Source: a virus. Taken from it: a stretch of DNA of 64,000 nucleotides. This document shows positions 9,097-16,486 of this stretch, piece by piece. The notes below the pieces were generated by a model, which was given only the letters and a program-made list of their open reading frames with translations, made no database searches and was not told the DNA's origin. Numbering within the stretch: position 1 is the stretch's first letter; the number at the start of each line of letters is the position of its first letter. The stretch spans positions 29,596 to 93,595 of the IMG/VR virus record IMGVR_UViG_3300024999_000004; one strand, 5' to 3'. A program made the translations under genes and the position numbers.

Positions 9097-9143
9097 GAGG
9101 CCCCGGAGGCAAGGAATCCATGAATCCGGGGCCTCCATTTTAA
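9097..9143 (+). terminator. Terminator-like hairpin closing the early cluster
   Basis: GAGGCCCCGGA...TCCGGGGCCTC followed by CATTTTAA. Confidence 0.6.
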
Positions 9144-9323
9144 TACAAAATCAAGGATAACTTGGCATGAAAACCCTCGAACGAATTTTTACGATTTTTT
9201 ATTTTTTCTTCGCGTATAGAAGGTGTAAGTGTATGATTTTTCATACGCCTGACGATATTTCGACATTCATCGAAATCTAAATATAGAAAAATTCATCGGT
9301 ATGGACATTTTGGAGATAAAAGT

Positions 9324-10291
9324 TAAGTCCTTATATAGAAACAAGTTACGTGAGATTTTGGCGGAAAAATGCATAAAATGAGTTTATTTTAAAGTCATAC
9401 AGGGTAAGGAGTTACGCTAAGTTTTTCGTACATATAGAAAATAATATACTGTAAGTCCTTACTGGATAAGGAATTAAGAAAACATTACAATCATTATAAT
9501 TATAATGTTCACATACAGTGACGAAAAACGTAACTCTTTACTGGATAAGGAATTACGTTTTTCTTTGGTGAAAAAATAATTTACTTTTCTGGCAAGAGTG
9601 GTGTAACTCTTTACTATGCAAGGAATTATTTTACACCGGAATCTGGGTTTTTGGCGCATTTTGCGTGGACGCTAATTCCTTTCTATGTAAGGAGTTATGC
9701 ATAGGCACTAAAAATTCCTATCTTTTCCCCAAGATATGCGTAGTTTATACACCAAATTCGGAAACGACCTATGTAAATCCTTACAGGGAAAGGAAATATT
9801 CGTTTGTGTTTTATGCATAAAATATACAGAAAATAGGAAGGTTTGCACTGAATGAGCAAGAGTCAGGGGAGCATAAGAACTCGGGTTCAAAGTAAAGCTA
9901 CACCTAACAAGGAGTTATGAAAAAGAGAGTCCGGGGGTCCAGAGGCAGAAATTCAAAGAATACGGGAAAAACGCATACAATTATGCAGTGAGTGGAGATG
10001 AAGAAAAATAAAATTCGGGGCTCGGGGCTCGGGGGTAGCAAGAATCGTACCAAGCGGGAATCTTAGACAAGACTAACAATGAAATAACTCTTTATGTAGC
10101 AAGGATGTGGGGGCCCTATAGGGAGGGTTTTCAATTATTTTTCTTTTTATTTATATTTTATTACCAAATATGAACATTTCTGAAAAAAGCAAAACATTAT
10201 AATTGTAATGTTTTGAAAAAAGTTTTGATTTGGTGAAAAGATATAAATAAACATAATTTTTCGCTGTAATTCGTGGCTATGTATAGAGTTA
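9324..10291. repeat. Ten dispersed 25-bp imperfect palindromes TAAnTCCTT-N7-AAGGAnTTA
   Basis: Copies start at 9324, 9390, 9452, 9531, 9604, 9673, 9774, 9893, 10085 and 10267 in an AT-rich non-coding region. Confidence 0.9.
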
Positions 10292-10476
10292 AGGTGTTTT
10301 TCTGTTGTTTTTGTTTTCCCTTCTAATGCCTTTTGGCGGAAAAATAGACGTTTTGTCGTATGCATTTTGGAGCCCCGAGCCCCGAGCCCCGAGCCCCGAG
10401 CCCCGAGCCCCGCCAACCAGTAGTCAAGAGCCCCGAGCCCCGAGCCCCGCCCACCAGTATTCAAGAGCCCCCGAGC
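10016..10476. repeat. Divergent GAGCCCC heptamer arrays
   Basis: Minus-oriented copies at 10016-10034; plus-oriented 6+3+1 copies at 10370-10476 separated by a repeated GCC(A/C)ACCAGTA(G/T)TCAA linker. Confidence 0.95.
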
Positions 10477-10493
10477 TAAAAACTTAAAACTTC

Positions 10494-10522
10494 TTGACAA
10501 AAAATAAATTAAAGAGTATATT
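10494..10522 (+). promoter_or_regulatory. sigma70 promoter
   Basis: TTGACA-17-TATATT. Confidence 0.8.
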
Positions 10523-10549
10523 ATTTAAGTATTAATTACACCGCGTTTG

Positions 10550-10750
10550 ATGGAAGCCAAGATGCACGAAGGCAGAAAAGAAGTTAAGGTATTGAAAGTT
10601 CCGGAGGGCGATGATTTTGTTCTCGGCTTGCCGCGTTACTTCGTCCGGGACCTGCACAACCGGGGAGTGGAGTATGTACGTTTCACTGTGAAAGGGGCAG
10701 TCATAACCATCGAGCCAATGAACCCCGGATTCCTTGCTCCCTCTCATTGA
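10550..10750 (+). CDS. AbrB/MazE-like swapped-hairpin DNA-binding protein
   Basis: KVxKVPEG..FVLGLP...VRFTVKG.VITIEP pattern. Confidence 0.6.
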   Translation: MEAKMHEGRKEVKVLKVPEGDDFVLGLPRYFVRDLHNRGVEYVRFTVKGAVITIEPMNPGFLAPSH

Positions 10751-10762
10751 TGAGGGCATTAA

Positions 10763-10996
10763 ATGATCAATTTTCACAGTGACTCTCTGGGGGTAGACGG
10801 GACAGTAGACAAGACCGTCAAGATCCCGGAAGGCCGCAGCAAGCAGTTTGTCCTCTCCCTTCCCGTAGCTGCGGTAGACGCCATGAGAGACCTTGGAGCC
10901 AAGAAGGTCAGTGTTATTGTGCTGAAGGAAGGCGGCATACTCATTGTCCCCGTGAATCCTCCCATAAACCATAACCCCTATAAGTTTCCTTCCTAG
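10763..10996 (+). CDS. AbrB/MazE-like protein, paralog of the preceding gene
   Basis: KTVKIPEG...FVLSLP...GGILIVP. Confidence 0.6.
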   Translation: MINFHSDSLGVDGTVDKTVKIPEGRSKQFVLSLPVAAVDAMRDLGAKKVSVIVLKEGGILIVPVNPPINHNPYKFPS

Positions 10997-11011
10997 CACG
11001 ATAGATATTCC

Positions 11012-11040
11012 TTGACATAACATCTATTGTATGATAAGAT
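11012..11040 (+). promoter_or_regulatory. sigma70 promoter
   Basis: TTGACA-17-TAAGAT with TGn extension. Confidence 0.8.
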
Positions 11041-11077
11041 AGCCATATATTCCTTGTAAGCCCAGGAGGCTACTACA

Positions 11078-12253
11078 ATGAGCGTGCCCGCAACGAAAGA
11101 TATTTCTATTGTCAAGACAATCCTTTCCCACGGAGGGGACTGTGGATGTTTTCCTTGTGTTGAGTGTCCTTTGTCCCAACCAGAGGGCGAATGCCCCCGT
11201 GAAGGTGCTGATGACGACACTCTAAAGCTCGCGCAGGAGTGGCTGAAGAAGCACTCGCCCTCTTCCATTGTCGAGGTCGTAATCGCGCAGGAGGGGGAGT
11301 GCCTTGGGTTTTCTTGTTTCTCCTGCCCTTTGGAGGGCGAATGCGAACTAACTGACGCTTCCTCTTTCTCTGCGGCACTGAAGTGGATGGAGGAAAATTC
11401 GCCTTCCCCCCGCGCGGGCGTCAGCAGCTGGACGAACAACCAAGGCGAAGTCTTCCATATAGGAGACGAAGTTACAGGAGCGGCCTCCCCCGGAATCAGA
11501 GGGCGTATTCATTGTCAGAGCCACGCGCCGGATTTGGTTGTCGTTGTCCTCAGCGGGGATACTGCCCGGGGGTGGGGGAAAAGCCACAGCGACTTCCCGA
11601 AGGATCTCCCTCCTGAAGCAAAGTGCTGGAATGTCGCGGCGGAGTGTTTACGCAAAGCGCCTGCTGTTCTCTCCGGAGTAGAGGGATTCCGCGACAGCCT
11701 CGGAACTCCTATTGCTATCGGAGCCCGGATTCTCTGCTCCGATGCATCCGCTGCCTCCGCAAAGGCGGGGGTGGAAATCCATACCTTTGTGGGGATGCTT
11801 CCGGACGGAAGATACAAGGAAGATCGGGATTTTGGGTGGAGGTATTGCGTTGCAGTCTCCACCCCTCCGGTGGAGGGCGAGGGCTCAGAATTCAAGCCCG
11901 GGGATTTCGTGAGAAGCGAAGACTACCCTAACTTGAGGGGCTATATTCACTGTATGAAAGCAGACGGTGCTTATATTGTCATCCGCACCGACGGGGAGGG
12001 GTGGGACAAGAGCACGGAAGCCCTGACACAGGATCTCCCGGAGGGGACGAAATGCTGGAAGGTGAGTGCGGGGAGTTTAAGGAAAGCTCCTGCTTCGGAT
12101 TATACCTCCCGAGGAGTAGGAGGGTCGATGCACGCGCAACTGCTTGCCGGAGGGGAGCGAATAACTCTTGTTTGTCGCCCTTCTCCTACTCCTCTTCTTT
12201 CTACTACTCAGTCTTTTGACGAAATCCGGCTGCAGCTGCTCAGGGGGATGTAG
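11078..12253 (+). CDS. Modular protein: two Cys-rich repeats plus SH3/KOW-like GW-K...LPEGTKCW domains
   Basis: AGGAGG SD; internal repeats; C-terminus FDEIRLQLLRGM. Confidence 0.75.
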   Translation: MSVPATKDISIVKTILSHGGDCGCFPCVECPLSQPEGECPREGADDDTLKLAQEWLKKHSPSSIVEVVIAQEGECLGFSCFSCPLEGECELTDASSFSAALKWMEENSPSPRAGVSSWTNNQGEVFHIGDEVTGAASPGIRGRIHCQSHAPDLVVVVLSGDTARGWGKSHSDFPKDLPPEAKCWNVAAECLRKAPAVLSGVEGFRDSLGTPIAIGARILCSDASAASAKAGVEIHTFVGMLPDGRYKEDRDFGWRYCVAVSTPPVEGEGSEFKPGDFVRSEDYPNLRGYIHCMKADGAYIVIRTDGEGWDKSTEALTQDLPEGTKCWKVSAGSLRKAPASDYTSRGVGGSMHAQLLAGGERITLVCRPSPTPLLSTTQSFDEIRLQLLRGM

Positions 12254-12330
12254 AGCATTCTTGCCTGTGGGGTGTTTCCTGCTCGGTGGGGCGAAGTCGG
12301 TGACTACAGGCGAAAATTTGGAGGATTCAA

Positions 12331-12891
12331 ATGGGCTGGAAGAACACTTCAGGGTATTGTTTCAACATAGGCGATATTGTGGAGGACGCAGAAGATCCCT
12401 TGGTCAACGGGAAGGTTGTGGCTGTAGACTCCTCGGGGAATAATCTTGTCATCATTCGTTCCGATGGGAGGGGGTGGCCCAAGGAAGATCACGATTACAC
12501 GCAGCATCTCCCGGAGGGAACGAAGTGCTGGCATGTTTTGTTGGATGACTTGAGGCCACACAGTACGGAAGCTTCCGGATTCAAGGTCGGAGACTTCATC
12601 TGCGACAAGAGCAGCAATAATGTCATTGGGCGTATTCTCCTTGTCGATGAGGTCGGGGATTATCTGACAGAACGTGCCGAGCACCTGCCGAAAGGAACGA
12701 AGTGCTGGGGGGTACTGAAGAAGAACGCAGCCATGAGTACGCGGCCATGGCAGGAGATGTCCTTTGCAGGCCACGTCGGGAGCGAGCATATTATCCCCCT
12801 CCTGCGGCGTACCCAAGCAGAAATGAGAAGCGCCCGCGTAGTGGCGGACACCTTTGATAGCATCCGCCTGCAACTTCTCCGTGATTTGTAA
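12331..12891 (+). CDS. Paralog of the 11078 protein (LPxGTKCW domains)
   Basis: GGAGG SD; C-terminus FDSIRLQLLRDL. Confidence 0.75.
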   Translation: MGWKNTSGYCFNIGDIVEDAEDPLVNGKVVAVDSSGNNLVIIRSDGRGWPKEDHDYTQHLPEGTKCWHVLLDDLRPHSTEASGFKVGDFICDKSSNNVIGRILLVDEVGDYLTERAEHLPKGTKCWGVLKKNAAMSTRPWQEMSFAGHVGSEHIIPLLRRTQAEMRSARVVADTFDSIRLQLLRDL

Positions 12892-12918
12892 TAGCCTACC
12901 GTTCATTATAAATAGTAC

Positions 12919-12947
12919 TTGACATTACATACAATACATGGTATAGT
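12919..12947 (+). promoter_or_regulatory. sigma70 promoter
   Basis: TTGACA-17-TATAGT with TG extension. Confidence 0.85.
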
Positions 12948-13020
12948 GAATCCGGCATCCTGTATGGGCGTGCCTTAGTTTTGTACCGCCCCTGACCTAG
13001 GGTAGGGGCATGGAGCCAAC

Positions 13021-13341
13021 ATGAAAATGATCGAGTTCATCCGCAAGACCACCGCCGAAGTCATTGACGACATGAAAGCCCCGTTTCGCATGAGCATGAT
13101 CTCCCGGACCTTCGATTCCCTGATCGACAAGGCCGAGGAGACCCGCCTGGACGTGGAAACGAGCCTCTTGGACGAGCGGAAGGCGCTGTCGCTCTCCTCC
13201 GACGAGATCGAGGCGAAGGCGCACATCAAGCAGATCGTCGAGCTTCAGATGAGGCTCGCGGCTGCGGAGGCGAATGCCAAGGCCGTGGGGGCCGAGAAGG
13301 TCTTCGAGTTCGGGGATGCTCCCGCTGGCGGGCAGAAGTAG
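13021..13341 (+). CDS. Helical/coiled-coil hypothetical protein
   Basis: GGAG SD; strong GC3 codon bias. Confidence 0.75.
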   Translation: MKMIEFIRKTTAEVIDDMKAPFRMSMISRTFDSLIDKAEETRLDVETSLLDERKALSLSSDEIEAKAHIKQIVELQMRLAAAEANAKAVGAEKVFEFGDAPAGGQK

Positions 13342-13408
13342 GGGGCAATTCGGGGCTCCTGCCTGTTTTATTTCTTCCGCTGTATCTCTTGACTTGAAAG
13401 GAGTAAAA

Positions 13409-13816
13409 GTGAGCTATTTCAAGGAAGAATTCGAGGATGCTGTCGGTATCAAGTGGACCAAACGCATCATGGTTGCGGTGGCCGTCCTCGCGGTGTACAT
13501 TGCCATCTCTTTCTTTTCCGGCATCTGGCCCTTCTCTGTTGCGTCGGGCCTTGCCAAGGCCGTGGTGAACGAGAAGGCCATCATCCACAACTACGAATGG
13601 TTCTACGACCAATTCTCTTCCATTGTCGCGCAGGAGGCCAACGTCGCCGCCATGGAAGGAACCCCTGAGCAGCCGCCGATGATCATGGTCCTGAACAATG
13701 CAATTGCCGAGTACAACAGCAAATCGCGTATGGCTATGACGCGAACCCTTTGGAAGGCGGACGACCTTCCCTACCAGATCCCGTTCTATACCCGCACTAC
13801 AAGGAGCCCTGAATGA
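13409..13816 (+). CDS. Membrane-anchored hypothetical protein
   Basis: AAGGAG SD with GTG start; one TM; NYEWF...YN motif. Confidence 0.7.
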   Translation: MSYFKEEFEDAVGIKWTKRIMVAVAVLAVYIAISFFSGIWPFSVASGLAKAVVNEKAIIHNYEWFYDQFSSIVAQEANVAAMEGTPEQPPMIMVLNNAIAEYNSKSRMAMTRTLWKADDLPYQIPFYTRTTRSPE

Positions 13817-14367
13817 AGAAATTCTTCTCCCTCGTTTTGTTTGTCGTTTTCGCGCTTTCCCTCAACGTCTGCCCGGTTTTAGCCGAAGGCACCCCCGACG
13901 CCCGTTCTCAGGCTGTCACGCAATCACAGGCTACGGCACGTACTGCGAGGACAGCGGTACCCATTCCTCAGCTTTCCTACTTCCAGGAACTCAAGACGGC
14001 GGCGCGGTGGGCGGAAAGATGGGACAAGCCCTCGGTAGTCACCTTTGTCTACCTTGTGTCCTTCGGAAAGGTCTTGGGGTACTACGTTGCCGACGGAAAG
14101 CCTGCGTCCACGAGATCTTATATAACTCCGGAAAGCCACATTGGGGGCGGAGGTACGGCAGGGTACTATGAGGAATCCCTTCCTGATCTCGATGGCACCT
14201 ACGGAGAGAACAATGTCGGCATACGATTCTTCACCGCAGAGGGAGTTGCTTCCGAGTGGGGCGGAAACGGGATGTGTTATTTGTACACCGACGCTCCCGC
14301 AGACTTCGGGTACGAGGTTCCCCGGCTTTATAAGAAGGCAGGCGCAGGAGCTGCGGGGAAGAAGTAG
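13813..14367 (+). CDS. Secreted hypothetical protein
   Basis: Signal peptide; YVYL/GYY/GK.S/PD.DGTYG motifs; coupled to the upstream gene. Confidence 0.75.
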   Translation: MKKFFSLVLFVVFALSLNVCPVLAEGTPDARSQAVTQSQATARTARTAVPIPQLSYFQELKTAARWAERWDKPSVVTFVYLVSFGKVLGYYVADGKPASTRSYITPESHIGGGGTAGYYEESLPDLDGTYGENNVGIRFFTAEGVASEWGGNGMCYLYTDAPADFGYEVPRLYKKAGAGAAGKK

Positions 14368-14441
14368 AAAGGCAGGCCCCGGCAGGATATGTCGGGGCGA
14401 AGTCGGCGACTACAGGCGGATTTTTTGAAGGAGGCCTTCCT

Positions 14442-14708
14442 ATGTTGTTCGAAATATCCGATGAGGACATCAGGACCCTTGAGGAGGCTTCCTTTGAACT
14501 TGCTTGGGACACAGCCTACGGGAACGTGGGGGCACGCACAGCCATGAGGTCACTTGACGCCCTCGCACGAAGGATGCGTGAAGCCCAAAGAGAAACCGTT
14601 CGTGGCTCCTCCCGAGCCCGGATTCTTGGAGCCGTCGCATACTTGCTCCTTGCCATGGCCGGTATCCTCGGCGCTTGCTGGTTATATACTCTATCTCTTC
14701 CGAAGTAG
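14442..14708 (+). CDS. Hypothetical protein with C-terminal TM
   Basis: AGGAGG SD. Confidence 0.6.
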   Translation: MLFEISDEDIRTLEEASFELAWDTAYGNVGARTAMRSLDALARRMREAQRETVRGSSRARILGAVAYLLLAMAGILGACWLYTLSLPK

Positions 14709-14760
14709 CCGCCTGCCTCGCGGGTAGGGGCTGGTTATTTGCCTTCAGTAAAAGGAGCCT

Positions 14761-15345
14761 ATGATGCAGGATTCACAGATGCTTGACCCCCACGCCGTGT
14801 TTTGTTCCCTTTTTCGTGGAGGAAGCAAGGCTCACGGTCAGCTTCTTCGCGGTAAAGTTTACTCCACGATCTTTGGGCCGACGACCCCCGCCGACTACGC
14901 CTCTCATCTGGCGGGGCACATAAGCCTCGGGATCGTCCCTGTTCTTGACGACGGATCTTGCCGTTTCGGAGTCATCGACGTGGATTTGATTCCGTCCATT
15001 TCCTCGGGAGGGGAGGCGCATTTGATCCGCGAAGCGTGGAAGCTCGGGCTCCGCCCGTTCCGGTCAAAAAGCGGAGGGCTTCATTTGTACGCTTTCTTTC
15101 GTGTCACGGAAGCTGCGGAGGAAATTCGTGACTATCTTCTTGAACTTTGTCAGGAACTCAGTCTCCCGCAAAATACCGACATTTTCCCTCGGACATCAAG
15201 GGACTTCCTGTCATGGGTCAATCTCCCTTATTTCGGGGATACCCGACGCATGATTATGCAGGATGGGTGTGAGGTCTCTTTTCATGAGGCCATGGAATCT
15301 CTATCCCGATTTCTGCCTTCAGTAAAAGGAGCCACAGATGCTTGA
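14761..15345 (+). CDS. Stand-alone AEP (primase-polymerase) catalytic domain, paralog of the 40882 primase N-terminus
   Basis: HLxG..LGI.P...CxFGxIDVD, PFRSKSGGLH, IFP and WVNLPYFG motifs shared with 40882..42588. Confidence 0.8.
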   Translation: MMQDSQMLDPHAVFCSLFRGGSKAHGQLLRGKVYSTIFGPTTPADYASHLAGHISLGIVPVLDDGSCRFGVIDVDLIPSISSGGEAHLIREAWKLGLRPFRSKSGGLHLYAFFRVTEAAEEIRDYLLELCQELSLPQNTDIFPRTSRDFLSWVNLPYFGDTRRMIMQDGCEVSFHEAMESLSRFLPSVKGATDA

Positions 15346-15934
15346 ACTCCGTATCGTCACTTTCGTGTTTATCTTGTGGGGAGTCGCTTCCCTGTCCTTC
15401 TCGCTCGGGTTTATCTTGTGCTCTTTGTTCAAAATATCCCCGCCGGAGCCAGACTCCCCTGTAACCAGCGGGGAGATCGAAGTCGGCTCCCGTGTCTCTT
15501 TTAAGTCGGCTGGCGGCTACTGTTGGAGCGTTCCTCATCAGAATTTCTACGGGATCGTGGAAGAGTTGGGGGCAACTTCCTGCAATGTCGCCATCTACGA
15601 CAGGAGAACAGGGAAGAGAAGCCAGATTCTTGACTCCCGGCATCCCGAGCCATGGACCTTCCTGTTTTCGGAGATTGGGTTGGAGGAAAAGCCGAAACTC
15701 GATCCGAAATTCAAAGTCGGAGACAAAGTTGTTCCGATCAGCAAGTCAGTGGGGGATACTTTGGAAGGGTCCTTCGCGTGGAAAGAGGCCAAGGCAGGAA
15801 GAGGCTTCCTTGTTTTTGAGGGAATCGACATTGATATTCCTTGTCTCGTCTGCGACGGCGATTTCTTCCTCGAAGAGGATCTTGTTTTGTACGATCCTCC
15901 GGCCTCGGGGCCTGTGCATCTTCACGAAAACTGA
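15338..15934 (+). CDS. Hypothetical protein, N-terminal TM plus FKVGD SH3-like modules
   Basis: AAGGAG SD. Confidence 0.6.
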   Translation: MLELRIVTFVFILWGVASLSFSLGFILCSLFKISPPEPDSPVTSGEIEVGSRVSFKSAGGYCWSVPHQNFYGIVEELGATSCNVAIYDRRTGKRSQILDSRHPEPWTFLFSEIGLEEKPKLDPKFKVGDKVVPISKSVGDTLEGSFAWKEAKAGRGFLVFEGIDIDIPCLVCDGDFFLEEDLVLYDPPASGPVHLHEN

Positions 15935-15987
15935 TTTTCAAGTTTTTCTTTGTTTGAAGTCGCCGCGTAAGAACGAAGATAATTGTA

Positions 15988-16016
15988 TTGACATAACATC
16001 TACTACATGATACAAT
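15988..16016 (+). promoter_or_regulatory. sigma70 promoter
   Basis: TTGACA-17-TACAAT with TG; spacer nearly identical to the 11012 promoter. Confidence 0.85.
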
Positions 16017-16042
16017 AGAGTCTAAGATTCAGGAGGCCCTAG

Positions 16043-16420
16043 ATGGATAATTTGTTCGAGAAAGCGCTGCGCATGAAACTCCGGTTCCCGCTCCTGGGAA
16101 GTCTCACCTGCGAGGACCTGTGGGATGTCGGCGTGGAGCAGCTTGACGCCTGCTTCCAGCTCCTTAGTCCTAAAGGGGTAGCCGGGGTATCTTTGCTCAA
16201 ACCCGAGGGCTACAAGGACGAGAAGCTTGAGCTTCAGCTTGAAATCCTCCGCCGTGTCGTGGAGGTAAAGCTGGCGGAAGCACAGGCCAAGACCGAAGCC
16301 AAGGCCCGCAAGGCCAAGCGGCAGAAACTCATGGAAGTCCTCGAATCCAAGAAGGAAGGGGAACTCCTCGGGAAGACGACCGAGGAACTCCAGAAGATGC
16401 TGGACGATCTCGAAGGCTGA
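16043..16420 (+). CDS. Conserved phage protein (LRF...EDLWD family)
   Basis: AGGAGG SD; LFEKAxRxKLRF...EDLWD and a C-terminal coiled coil. Confidence 0.8.
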   Translation: MDNLFEKALRMKLRFPLLGSLTCEDLWDVGVEQLDACFQLLSPKGVAGVSLLKPEGYKDEKLELQLEILRRVVEVKLAEAQAKTEAKARKAKRQKLMEVLESKKEGELLGKTTEELQKMLDDLEG

Positions 16421-16432
16421 GGAAAAGGCCGG

Positions 16433-16470
16433 AGCGCCCCTTCCGAGCAAACGGCGGGGGCGCTATTTTT
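16433..16470 (+). terminator. Terminator/attenuator-like hairpin
   Basis: AGCGCCCC...GGGGCGCT followed by ATTTTT. Confidence 0.55.
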
Positions 16471-16486
16471 GCAAAGGAGTAAATCA

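Noticed and set aside
9324-10291. Degenerate CRISPR or integron attC array
   Set aside because: Repeats are degenerate, irregularly spaced palindromes with no cassettes or integrase.
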